Source of the DNA: Azolla caroliniana
Taxonomy: Eukaryota > Plantae > Polypodiophyta
DNA length: 64,000 nucleotides
Reading direction: 5' to 3'
NCBI GenBank assembly: GCA_043228905.1
Contig: JBHGNT010000015.1
Span: 16,554,001-16,618,000 of the forward strand
The notes beneath the pieces are model-generated. The model ran no database searches. It was not told where the DNA came from and worked only from the letters and a program-made list of their open reading frames with translations. Below are positions 12,113 through 24,846 of the stretch, piece after piece. Positions within the stretch are counted from its first letter, which is position 1. Every line of letters begins with the position of its first letter. A program made the position numbers and the translations under genes.

Positions 12113-13571
12113 TATAACTATGAATATTATTTCAACATTTCAAAATAACACCAATTTTCGGCATGATAGAAATGTAGGAAATTTCAACATTATGGAAATG
12201 CCAATGCATGTAAATTCGGACAACACGTTTCTAGAAATATGACATGGATGCCACAAATATCACCATTTATCAGTTAGATTGCCAATATCTTCGGCATTAT
12301 TTGCAAATGCCAACATTTATGGCAATAAGTTTATGTCTATCGGTAATGTCGACATATTCTAATGTTTCTAGCATTTTGTATAGTTGTTGATATTTTGGAT
12401 GCTAACGTAATGCTACCGAAAGCTTCAAGTGGAGCATTGTTATTGAAATGTCTTGTTCTTGTTGAGTACAAAATCGTATTAACCAAAAAGGTTTTGTAAG
12501 TGAAGTAGACTAATGAATTTGTTTGTGTAATCATAGAGATCACCCTCAATTATAATAGATGTATTATGCCTCAGAAAGGATAGTCGAGATTGATTTGATA
12601 TTTTGATGCCTTTTCATGATTGTGTGTAGGATTTTCATATAACATCATGATTTTTTCAACGATCCCTCGTCTTGGTGCACAACCTTACATAATCAATTAG
12701 TGCATCAACAATATATATGGTCTTGATCATACAACCCATAAAGCTTTTCTTTATTCTTAAGTTTTTTCACGGACATAATCTTGAAGAATGTCAAAATTTC
12801 CAATCAAATTAACCAAATGTGAACATAATTAGTAATATTCGCTGATCATAAATTGAAAATTAAAATTAGGTGGAGGAGTTGCCTAGGATTGTAGGCTCTA
12901 GAATAATGAGAATAACCTTCAAGAATCCATATAAATAATAAAGATGATGGTGCAAGTAGAACTTGGAGTCAAATTTGTTTTTTCAAACTTTAGTTCTTGA
13001 TCGTGATCATCAATCTCTCAAGTGGTGGATGTAGAATACGTGATTCGGAAAAGGATCCACCATGTAGGGATATGTTGGATTATAAGAATAGAATATATGA
13101 CAAATTTGGTATACACTTAGTGTGTTGATTCCATTCCAATCAAGAAAATGTACAATGATAGAACACATCTCTTAGATGAGGCATCATATTGTTTATTTCA
13201 GCAATCCCCCCTAATTTGGTTCAACGCTAGTCTTAAGCCTCCTAGCTACTCTTGTATCTTCTCTTTATATAATATACCACTTGTTACCATCATTTTCTTC
13301 TCTCTCTCTCTCTCAACGTTTTCTTTCTTTTTGTGCGTCTGTTTCTCTCCCTCCATCATATCTATGTTCTATAGCTCGTTGGAAAGCTCTTTCAGAGAGC
13401 TTTGTAACGAATGTTTATTTGCTGAATTTCGTTGCCGGAGTGAGGAGTTATGAGCATTTTCGTTTGCAGCACTCTTTGCCCCGCGGCTCCTCAAACTCAA
13501 GGTAGATTTTGAAACCCTAAATCGATTGAAAGGTACATTCTACTTCTCCTATCATTTTATTAATAGTAAAT

Positions 13572-14387
13572 ATGCCAAGAGGAGTAAAAGCCAATGATGA
13601 TGTGATTGAAAGCCCAAACAATCAAATGCATATATTGTCAATGGAAAAGATCGCAACTATGTATATCTCATTGCAAGAGACAATGATGCATATGCAAAGC
13701 GAATTGTATGCTTGTAAGGAGAGGGAATTAACTCTTCAACATACACTGGAAATGCAAAAGTTAGAGATGAAAGCTTTGCGTGAAGAACTACATGCAATGA
13801 AGGACATGACTATTCAAATGTAAGATAATAGGATGCCTGAAATCGAAAGAAAAAGGTTGAGTCTTGAAGCAGAAAAAGAGATTTTAGTGAAGGCAAATGC
13901 CGAAATAAAATCTACAATTGAAGGGAAGGAAGATGTGATCATGACAAGGTGGAAAGATGTTCTCTTGAAAGAAACACCAAAAATCATGCAAAAACATCCT
14001 AATACCATGGATGTGTTAGATGTAAAGGAGTAATATGAAATTGAAAGAAGAAAGAATAATATTGTCATTAGAGGTATGCAAGAGAATGAAATAGAGAATG
14101 CATTATCTCTTGGACAAAATATTACGAAATTATTTGAGGATCACTTTGCTATGCGAGATGTTATTGTATATGCCGCACATCGGGTTGGCAAAAAGCAATA
14201 AGAGGGAAAAACATCTCGAGCTATTGTTTGTACAATCCCCGATGAACGTAAAAGGGCAATGATTCTAGATAGTAGTAAGGTGTACTTAAAAGGGACAAGT
14301 TATTTTGTAACGGAGGATAGAACTCCACAAGAGCAAGAACGTAGAAGGCAAGCATATGCATCTCGGAAAGCAAATCAAAATGCATAG
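13572..14387 (+). pseudogene. LINE ORF1 (coiled coil plus RRM-like region) with in-frame stops
   Basis: One frame with internal stops: coiled coil, then RRKNNIVIRGMQE...HRVG...RAIV...LKGTSYFVTEDRT, like CR1/L2/RTEX ORF1s. Confidence 0.75.
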
Positions 14388-14393
14388 CAAGCA

Positions 14394-15204
14394 ATGACCT
14401 ATTGGACTATAAGTGCTTCACGATTGAAAGTAATGTTTTGGAATTGTAGAGGATATCCATGGAATAAGGGTTTAGGATTCAATGATGTAGCTCAAGGTAT
14501 GGATATTATATTTTTGGCTAAAACATGGGAGCATGAGGCAAAACGTATACCTAAGATAGACGGTTACCTCATTAAATCGATATGGCCTCACTCCAAAGGG
14601 AATATTGGGCGTGCCGGGATATCATGTATCTACCATGAGAGCTTAGATAATTCTATCAAAGTATGCAAATATGATGACTATAAGAGATACATATGGATAG
14701 AGGTTAATTTGGGGAAAGAGAAGTTGTATATAGTTGCATGTTACATTCCTCACAAAGACTCAAACTACTATAGTAGGTTTGGGTTAGATTGTGATGATCC
14801 TTTTACAGAGTTATGCCATGATATACTTTCATTTGAGAAGCTTGGTAAAGTTTTAATTATGGGAGACTTCAATGCAAGAGTTGGAAATTTCCAAAACGTG
14901 GAGACATTTGAAGAAAATGTAGTAGAACATTGTCTATTGCGTGACTCAGAGGATTTTGTCATGTTAGATTATGGAAAACTTTTGATACATATGCTAAATT
15001 GCACAAACTTGATTATCCTAAATAGTATAAAGGCATTCCCATTGACAAATGTGCTCACATGTTTACCATCCTCAGGTGGAGGAAGTGTGGTTGATTATGC
15101 ATTAATGTTGGCATGTGATCTATCATTGGTGAATGTGTTTAAAGTTGGTTCTCTATCTCCGGACTCAAACCACAAGCCATTGTACTTAGAGGTTGCAATT
15201 CCAC
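14394..15204 (+). pseudogene. LINE ORF2 AP endonuclease domain (5' part)
   Basis: WNCRG, YIP, MGDFNAR, VVDY and SNHKPL motifs; cut by LTR A at 15205. Confidence 0.92.
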
Positions 15205-15652
15205 TGTTGTCTGCCAGAATAGTAATCGATGGACAAGAGCGCAGGAATACGGAATAGTATAATATTGTAATGCATGTAACGGTTCACGCGGGAAGCGTGA
15301 ACGTCTAAAAGACCCTGCGTATATAAAGGGTAGAAAACCTCTGGTAGAGGTGCGCGTAATTTTGAATGTAAGAGGCGTATCGTAATAGAATTCTATCTTC
15401 TCTAATATCTGTGTGTAGCTATGGCTAATCTATTATGTGTTTATAACACCTGAGAGCGTAGGAGTAAGTAACAGTGTATGTGTTAGCCCAATGTCAAAGG
15501 AGCTCGGTTGTAGCTGTCTCCCTTATACGCTGCTAGGTTACGGGGAATATCCCACTAAGTATTACGCACAGACGCTACCATTCGTTGTCACACAGTCACT
15601 TGGAGGTCTAGGTCGAAGGACTGACCGTAGACCGTGTTCCTAGTCGGTAACA
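15205..15652 (+). repeat. 5' LTR of element A (448 bp)
   Basis: tgttgtc...gtaaca; homologous to 24123-24154 plus 38520-38935; TATATAAA near 15320. Confidence 0.95.
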
Positions 15653-15656
15653 CTTT

Positions 15657-15694
15657 TGGCACGCTTGGTGATCTGTGTCTTCTCACAGACGAAC
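15657..15694 (+). promoter_or_regulatory. PBS of element A (tRNA-Arg-like) followed by a hairpin and CGAAC
   Basis: TGGCACGCTTGGTG starts 4 nt after the LTR, then the hairpin tctgtg-tcttct-cacaga, then CGAAC. Confidence 0.75.
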
Positions 15695-15699
15695 AACGA

Positions 15700-18600
15700 T
15701 GAATGGATGTTTAGCCGTAGATGCCCTAGAGAACCAACATGACCAGACCGGCCAATCACAAGGTCCATCACACGCCAAGCAGAGGAACGCGCACGACAGA
15801 AGCCTCGCCTCAACGACCTCAACACTACCTGTCGTGATCACAAAGGTGATTTCCCGCTCTCCAAATACCTCGACGATACGTGGGGAGCACGCTCACCACA
15901 ACAACATTATGGTCTTCCCCGGCCCGCCGTAGCCCCCGGCATGGCCTTTGCCTATCCCCGCTTTAACGGTGAAACCGACGCCACAACTCGCATTCCTCAA
16001 TGTTTGGAATGCAAATCACATGGCGCAGAGCCTTTCTGAGGCGGTAGCGCACCAGTCCAAAATGACGGAGTTTGGGTTAACATTGGATGGGCGAGCGGCG
16101 TTTTGGCATTCACAGATGAATTTGCCAGTAATCATGACCTTCGACCAATTGCAGTCTGCCTTTTTGCGGTTCTTCCATCGGAGGCTTCCACAACGCGAAA
16201 TCCTTGGATAGTTCTACACAATTAAGCAGCTGCCGACCGAGACGATCGCAGACTTCAGCTTACGTTTCCAAAATTTATGACTGAAACTAGAACAGGGCCC
16301 CGCGGAGGACGAGGCTCAGGAGACATTTCTGGCGGCATTACGCCGACCCATACAGACAACGCTCAACAACAATAGCGTGAAAGGGGAGACGACGGATGTG
16401 GTCATCGAACGAGCGTTACAGCTTGAGCTGGACGACGAAGAGGAAAGGTTTTCTATGTCCTCATTACGACAAGTGTTACCTCAGGACGAGGAACGACAAT
16501 TTCATCAAGCAATCCAGTGCATGATTTGCTTGAACTCGGGGCATTCCGCAGTGGAGTGCAACATGCGAATCCACTGCCCAATCTGTCACTTGAAGGCTCA
16601 CACAGTCGAATAGTGTGAATTCAATATGTTGAATAGAGCTGCTCCCACAGTATGAAGCCTGGACACACAACGTCCCCCATGCCGTCCTAAACAAAGGAGG
16701 CAAGAGGACCGACCACGGTATATGGATCGCAACCCACGTGATGACTGGCACTACCGGAATCACCAGATTCACAACGATTCCGAGGAAGACGAGCCAGAGG
16801 ATGAGGACTACCGTGGTCCCTCTCGATATGCTAAAGGGGGCCGACGCTATGAGAACCACTGGCCGACAAACAAACGTGGCGGCTTCAATGGATCTCATGG
16901 AAAGCAGCGACAATATCAGGACCACCGGCGATATGACGAAAGCACGAATGGAGAGCGGCACCAAGAACCACGCCGGGGTCAACAACAATCACCGCGTACG
17001 CTCCGACAAACGAGGTTAGACCGTAAGGAGCAAGTCGCACCGGGGGATCAGCATGCACCACTAGGCGCCGAGAAGGGCGAATCGAGCATCCATTGTTTTG
17101 TTTGTCAGTAGCCTAGGCATTATGCCACGCAATGCCCAGTACGCAAGGTCAAGGGGCCCGCCGTCAATATGATTACGACAGAAGTGCAGCAAGTCACGAC
17201 ATGCCAACAGATGAAAACGGCTGATTGGGCCGCGCAAGATGAGATATGACGACAAGCCCAGGCATGGGTTGAAAAAGCAAACGCAGCAAATACGGAACGC
17301 ATGCGGAAGGAGTCTGCGAAAACAATGGGGCTAGTGGAGGATGAAGGACCGGCCCCGGACCCCATTTGGCAAGCATTGGCAGGCTGCGAGATAACGTTAA
17401 CCATGGAGAAGCTGCTGCAACTAGTCCCACGCTTCCGCCAGACCATGGAAGAATGGGTGACGGGCATACTCGGGGTGAGCGTCGTTACGAATCTCACGGA
17501 TATTAGCGACGAACCGTCGGTAGTGGATCACCACAACCCGGCTATTACATTGATATTACACGGTCAGGAAATCCTAGGATGCGTAATCGATGGTGGCTCG
17601 GGCATTAATGTAATTAGCGCGAAAACATGCAAGCAGTTAGGTATTTCAGAATGGGAGGCTTGCCCTTTCTGGTTCCGTATGGCAGATACCCGCTTAGTAC
17701 GACCATTGGGGTTGATACGCAAGGTCGACATTATCGTGGGAGGACATCACTTTGATATCTCGGCGATAGTCCTCGCCTTGGACGCCCCAGGGGCATACCC
17801 TATGCTGCTGGGTAGACCGTGGCTTCGTGCAACGAATATCAAGCAGAGTTGGCAACACAAGTGTATCAGTTTCCAACACGGACGCACCAAGGTTTGCGTA
17901 CCTACGAAGGAAAGGGAGACACAATCCAAGGGTATAACACCATTATATGCGAAAGATATAAATATGCTGGCCGGGGTGGATGATGCAGAATTAGAGGCAT
18001 ACCTAGACGAGCACCCTCAAATTATTCCGCTGTTCGAAATTGACGTCATCGCAACTGCGACGGAATATGCCACGACCACTACTCTCCACGACGAGACTTA
18101 CGAACCAAACCCGGAGCCAATCTTGGAACTAAGCAGAGCATGCGCAATATTCGAAAGGGAAATGGAAATTTCACGACGAGTAACCGCCTCCGCCCTGGAA
18201 GAAGTAAACTTGGGTACGACGTCAGAACCCCATTTTCTCTCCATCACAAAAGAATTAAGGCCGAACTAGAGAGACGCGATGATTGAACTACTCAAGAAAT
18301 ATAAAGATGTGTTCGCCTGGGCTCATGAGGACATGAAGGGGTTAGATCCGAAGTTCTATCAACATAAGATCAATTTAGCGACCGATGCAAAACCGGTACA
18401 GCAGCGCCGCTACCGCATGAACCCGAACTACGCGACCCGCATAAAAGAAGAAATTGACAAACTCCTAAAAGCGGGATTTATACAGCCAGTTAAACAAGCC
18501 ACATGGTTAAGTCCGATAGTAGTCGTTCCAAAGAAAAACGGCAAAATACAGGTGTGCATGGATTACCGAAAATTAAACGCCGTAACCATTACGGACGCAT

Positions 18601-21008
18601 TCCCGTTACCATTCACCGATAGCGTACTCGACGCCGTTGCAGGACATGACATGTACAGTTTTTTAGATGGTTTCAGTGGCTATAACCAAGTACGCATGCA
18701 TCCCGATGACCAAGAGAAGACAACATTTGTCATGGACTAGGGAGTCTATGTTGCAGTCGTCATGATGTTCGGGCTAAAAACGACACCGGCAACATTTCAA
18801 CGAACAATCATAGAGATCTTTGGGGAATATATTCCGGCGTTCATGCAAGTTTTTTTAGATGATTTTGCAGTATATGGAAAAAAAACCAACCATTTTACGC
18901 ATATGCAACTGTGCTTGGAACGTTGCCGCATCGCACGCTTAAGCCTGAATCCTGCAAAATGTGCCTTCAACGTGACCAATGGGACTCTCCTAGGCCATTT
19001 AGTCAGCAAGGAGGGAATAGCGGTCGATCCAAACAAGATCTCTGTGATTACTCAAGCCAAAACGCTAACAAACGTGAAATCACTCAGCCGGCTTTTAGGT
19101 CAAATACGATGGCATAGTCGGATGATACGATATTTGGCGGACTTCGCCACGCTGTTACATGCCGCCGTGCATCAGACTCCCTTCCAATGAATTGCAACGG
19201 AGGACAAGGCCTATGAGGCGCTCAAGATAATGCTCACACAGGCACCCGTCGTACAACCACCAGTTTGGACGAAGCCATTCCACGTGTTCGTAGACGCCTC
19301 GAACATAGCAATAGGAAGTGCGCTTATGCAGCTGATCGAACCGAATTGGTACCGACCAGTCTACTACGCTAGTCACAAATTATCAACAACAGAGCGTAAC
19401 TATTCCACAACAAAGCGTGAGGCGATAGGGATGATCTATAGTATCAATAAATTCCAGCATTATTTGTTGGGGAGGAAATTCACGTTCCACGTGGATCACT
19501 CAACACTGATGTATTTGGTGGAGAAACAAGCACTGACGGGGAAATTGGCGCTAATTCAGCACCGACCGGGTACGCAACATGTAGTGGCAGATTTTTTGAG
19601 CAGACTCGATAATGGAGAAACAGTATAGAAGGACGACGACGACTTTCCGGATGCAGACATTCTGTGGGTAGCAGCACTAGTAGAAAGAATGGAAATGACC
19701 TTTCTGGACCGGTGGCTTATGGAAAGGACATACTTTTTGACTATGGGACTACCTCCACCACAATTACGCACGGACGAGAAGAAACGATTAGTCATCCGGA
19801 GCCGTAACTTCTGCCTGGTAGAAGGAATTTTATATCACAAAGGTAGTGATGGCATTTGGCGACGCGGTGTACGTCAGGATGAGAAAGAAACAGTCTTATG
19901 GGAGGCTCACTGCGGTACGACAGGCGGCCATTACGCAGGCGATGTTACGGCCCGGAAAATATGGCAAGCAGGCCTATGGTGGCCGACTACACAGAAGGAT
20001 GCATACGAGTATTGCAGGAAGTGCGATTTGTGTCAACGGATGGGCCAACCTACAGAGGGCGCAAGGATGCCTCACCAGCCCGTATTACCGTTAGATCCCT
20101 TCCAAAAGTGGGGATTGGATTTTGTGGGCCCCTTCACACCGGTGACGGCCCGTACGGGCAATAAATACATATTGGTAGCCACAGATTACTGCACCAAGTG
20201 GGTAGAAGCAAAGGCACTACGAGAGAATACAGCGGCCATCACGGCGAGATTCCTTTACGAATACATCTGGTGTTAGTTCGGCTGTCCGATTGAGCTCATC
20301 AGTGACTAGGGGAGCCACTTTCTCAATACGGTCGTTCAAGAACTAACGCATCATTACGCCGTAGTCCACAAGAAAAGTACGCCATATTATCCATAGGCGA
20401 ATGGGTTAGCAGAATCCAACAACAAGATGTTGCAGACCATCTTAAAGAAAATCGTCAATGAAAATAGAACAGACTGGGATACCAAATTACAGAGTGCGTT
20501 ATGGGCGTACAGAACCAACTACAAAACAAGCATACAATCAACACCGTTTCGACTAGCGTTTGGGCTGGAGGCCGTGATGCCGGTAGAGTTTCAAATACCC
20601 AATTTACGGATTCAGGTACGAGACTGACTATCGGAAGCCAAGTCGGAGGAGGTATGACTCCACCAGCTACTCGAACTCGGCGAAAAACACATACACAGCA
20701 TGGCGGTGTTGGAGCAGGAACAACGACAACGTAAAGCGTTTGTGGATCTACATCGGAACGCACGGGAAAAGGATTTCGCGGTCGGTCGAGCGGTACTGGT
20801 TTTCCAAACCCACATGGGCCATATGCCAGGGAAGTTATGATTCTGTTGGATAGGCCCGTACTGGATAATAGGAGCAAAACAAGGCACGCTAGCTAGGGAA
20901 GTCTTACGACAAAAGGTGAATGAGTTCTGCCTTAAACCTTACCTGGGCCCTACGCTACCTTACCCATTCACCGCCGGACAAGACAAAGCCGGAGAACCTG
21001 CGGTGTAA
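15700..21008 (+). pseudogene. Element A gag-pol, degraded by stops and frameshifts
   Basis: gag (FGLTLDGRAAFW), CCHC knuckles, protease (VIDGGSGINVI), RT (FLDDF), RNase H (VDAS), zinc finger (HCG...HY...CDLC), integrase (WGLDFVGP). Confidence 0.93.
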
Positions 21009-21122
21009 GTGGATGGCCCCACTTGTATCATAGTGTAAAAATAGGCTATATGTAACCGTTACGAAAAAAAAAGAAAAAAGAAAAAAGAAAGAAAAAGAAA
21101 AACGCTATTAAAAAATGACTGA

Positions 21123-24075
21123 ATGCATGCACAGACTTCTAGACCAAGAACACGCGGCACCACGATGGCTCACCGCCCAATGAACCCTAGGCCACAAAAA
21201 GAAGGAAATAGAAGATCTTCTGCACAAAACAGAAATCCACCTCCTAACCCTCAACGCTCTCATCGCTCCCCTCCCTCACCTTCTCCTCCATCCTATCATA
21301 GAGCTCAAGCCTACCATCACCACCAATCTTCTCCCCACGAGCCTACTCTGACTATGCCAATATTTATCTCTACCGCCTTACGTCGATGGCTCGTGGAGAA
21401 ACACCTGGATGGGTACATCAGGGTCGCAGAGGCACCTCCACACCTTGATGCATTGGATATCGCCAGAAAGCTCAATATCGACACAGTCACCAACTCCTCC
21501 ATCCGGAAAAAGTTGGACCTGTCATCACTAGGTGAGAGGCATTTCGAAATCCCCCCTATGGAGTCGCTACAGAGGTATTTCAGCCCGTATTCCTCTTTTG
21601 CCAAGGCCTATAGAACGAAGGAGATTCCGAATCCCTTTTTCCGTGAAGTCGCCAAGTTCCTATTGGAGGTCGGATGCGTACACGTAAACGCATATGGGAT
21701 GCCCAAGCAGAAGGCAGGTATCATTATTGATACCTTTAAAGGGCGTGCGGTCGACTGGGGAGTCATCACGGGGCCGACGTTAAGGGAAGGCTTGCACGAG
21801 TATCAAGGAGGCAAGAAGCTCAAGTCTATCATACAACAATACCTAACAGTACTATTCCCACCCCGAGGCCTGCCAGCACCGCAACCCAACAGACACACGC
21901 CGCCGCCCCGATCCATGAAGCGTAGGTTAGTAGAGTTAGCTGCCACAGAGTGGGAGGATGAACCCCAACCCGCCCAGCCGGACACACGGACAACGCTAGA
22001 AGAGCAGGCGGCGTGCTCTGCGGAAGCGTCACCAGAGCCAGACGTCGAACCATGACAAGATAGCCCAGGCCGAAACGGCGAAGACTGGACAGGAAAGATG
22101 GGCGGGGATTAGTTAAAGACGTACCCACAACGGTGGAGACAACGACCAAAGGCGACGGCTCCGCAGCCACAGAGCCCAACACCACCTTCGAAATAATCCG
22201 GGAGTCACGACCGATCATTATGGCCCAGTCACAACGAGGGAAAGCCGTATTGACGGCGGAAAGCGAGGTTTTGGCATATCCAGATATCCTGGACACGGCC
22301 CATGAGTTCAACGCACTCTTGCAATACGGAACCTCTTTTGAGCTCATGGAATTCTTGGCAATGCAACAGATAAAGGCCTCACACCGAATGGCCGAGGAGC
22401 ACGTGGAGCGCTAGATGATCGAGCGCGCCTTAACAGAAATGGTGGAGAGGGACGATGAGGACCAGTTAGCCAGAGTCGGAAGACGGAGGAACGCCAAGAT
22501 ACGCCGAATGGGGGTTGAACTACCCCCATTAAACACGGCCCTAGTCGAAGTCCATAGGGAATTGGCAAATATCAGCACGGGCGCCAAGGAGATGGCCATT
22601 AAAAATAAGAATGTCTGGAAGAAGGTGAAACTAACCCAAGCCGAGCTGCAAAAAGCCAACGAACGCATCGTGGAGTTGGAAACTAACGCGACTACGGCAC
22701 AACAGGCAACTCCACCACCAAACCACGCCATCGAAGGCTTGAAGGAAGAGATTGAGGCTCAGACCGCCATTGCCTCAAAAGCAAAAAGGGCCGTACAACT
22801 AGCGGAATCATAAATTGACCGCCTTCGCACTGAACTTAGCCAATCCTCAGACAGGGAAAAGGACATCCGGACCAACGACCGAAAGGCAGTAAAAACCCTT
22901 GAAGAGAAACTCGCTACGGAGACAACACAACACACTTGGACAAAAGAAGAAAATGCCCAATTACGGGAGGAAGCAAAGAAATCGGAAGCGGCAATCGCGG
23001 GACTTCGGGATTTATTGGAGAAAAAGAAGGCATGGTTCGACGAGCAGCTGGTGGGTGAACAGGAAAGAAGGCATCAACTCGAAATCCGCCTAAACAATGA
23101 AATGGGGAAATTAGAAGAACTACATGCGAAGGAATCCCAGATGTGGGTGGGTATGAAGAGCACGTATGAGGAAGCGGCGACAGTTAGTCAGCAAGAAATT
23201 GCAAACCTCAAGAAGTCGGCGGAAGAAGCACGCAACTGTTGCCAGGCCATCACAGACAACGTGTGTATCCTTCTACAAACCAATCGGGAGAGGTTTACAA
23301 CGCAATTGAAAACGATGCTGGACAAAGGATGGATGGCATGGGCAACCCAAGTGGCGGAATTGCATGCGTATCGTGCGGATTGGGAGAACCAGAGAAAAGA
23401 CAGCCGAGGCTTCTATAAACTCAATGAGGAGAGCATTGCAGCAGTACGCGAGGACCTAGCGCAGGACTATCGCGCACTAGCGGACCAACATTCCGAAGAA
23501 CTCACGCAACTATTAGATGATTTTGGTGAAAGTCAGGAGGATTTGTTTCACAAGATCACGCAAGCCGGCAACACATGAACAAATGGGGGACCCATCGCGA
23601 CACCAATTCTGGATACTGCTGAAGAAGAGGAACCTCAGGCCAGGTCACCTGAAATCACAACTACAACGAACAACGCGGAATGGCAAGCGGAGTCCCCCAC
23701 CATACCAGACAATGTAACCTCTGCCTAGGAGGAACCCCATCTACTGGAGCATACGCTATCGGCCGACCACATGGAGAACGTTGTGGACCAAGCGGAACCG
23801 CAACCCCACTCCCCAGAGTGTACAACGATGGCCGACACCACAAAGGAAGTGACGGATGCGACAGAGCCGCGTCCGACTGCAAGCCCGTCGACGGCCGAGC
23901 GCAACCCCCTAGCTCATGAAGAGTCCATAGAACCTGGGCCGCCCACACAAGACGATCGCGACACCATGAGAAGCCCTCTCGACCAAATAGGGGAACCACA
24001 CCACGATGCACATACGAGCCCTACGCAGACACCGTAGCAGAGCCAAACATCAGGGGCATTTTGGAAGAAGAGTAA
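21123..24075 (+). pseudogene. Element A extra ORF3 (conserved N-terminal domain plus long coiled coil), fragmented
   Basis: ORF pieces 21123-22055, 22133-22813 and 23015-23578; homologous to element B ORF3; ends GILEEE*. Confidence 0.8.
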
Positions 24076-24079
24076 AGGG

Positions 24080-24120
24080 ATGGGTCCGACGTGCCATGGC
24101 ACTGTCCCACAGGCATGCCA
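24080..24120 (+). other. tRNA-3'-like motif / minus-strand PBS in place of a PPT (element A)
   Basis: ATGGGTCCGA-cgtgccatggcact-GTCCCACAGGCATGCCA, then GG, then the TG of the 3' LTR. Confidence 0.8.
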
Positions 24121-24122
24121 GG

Positions 24123-24154
24123 TGTTGTCCGCTGGAATAGTAACCGACGGACAA
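24123..24154 (+). repeat. First 32 bp of element A 3' LTR (remainder at 38520-38935)
   Basis: tgttgtccgctggaatagtaaccgacggacaa matches 15205-15236. Confidence 0.92.
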
Positions 24155-24547
24155 TGTTGGCCGGTCAGAAGAGCAAGGACAAGTGGGAAGGCGGAGTCGG
24201 ATCGGATAATAGGAAGTAAATAATAGTATATTTATTATTCGGAGGGACGGATCCGGTACAGTTGTACCGATCCGGATCCGGACCGATTCGGATGCCGGTT
24301 GCCTAGGCGCATCAATTGTAACCTTGCCGGATGCCTATAAAAGGATCCGATGATTTGTAAATGCTTTACGAACGGAAGGAATACAATTATACTTATTGCG
24401 TGTTTATCTTTGTCTTTGTATTATTTTACCGTCTGTGCTTAGTGTAATCATCTTACGCGTGTAACCTAGCATCCAATCCTTACCACCCCTTTGGAGAAGT
24501 GTCAGATAGACACCTGTGTTGAGGCTAGTCCGGCCAGGCATACAACA
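24155..24547 (+). repeat. 5' LTR of element B
   Basis: tgttggcc...tacaaca; TATAAAA near 24335; matches 38122-38514. Confidence 0.96.
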
Positions 24548-24553
24548 CTATTT

Positions 24554-24590
24554 TGGCGACCACGATTCCTGCAAAGTGCAGAGGACAACC
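24554..24590 (+). promoter_or_regulatory. PBS of element B (tRNA-Arg(UCG)-like) followed by a hairpin
   Basis: TGGCGACCACG starts 6 nt after the LTR; hairpin ctgca-aag-tgcag follows. Confidence 0.7.
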
Positions 24591-24846
24591 GGGGGATGGA
24601 TGTCTAGACCAAACGACGACCACATCACCGAACGAGGGAGACGATACACCGAACGAGAGCAACGACGGGAAGCCCTGCAGCAAGCTGTCGACGAGATCTG
24701 GCGAGATCGGTCATTCTCCAGAACTCTTCGGAGAGTCGCAGAAGAAGCACTGCAGTTCCGGGTTCTGCAAGTCCCCGACGAAGGCAGTAGCATAACAAGC
24801 CTGCAAGAGGCGGAAACGATACTATAGACGCTCCCGGTGGCGATGG

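Noticed and set aside
21123-24075. ORF3 as a retroviral envelope gene
   Set aside because: No signal peptide or transmembrane segment is visible; the protein is hydrophilic coiled coil.
24063-24084. Purine-rich run (ggaagaagagtaaagggatggg; B equivalent 38059-38073) as the PPT
   Set aside because: It lies about 40-50 nt from the LTR and mostly encodes the conserved ORF3 end ILEE(D/E)*. A primer ending there would not give the observed LTR start.
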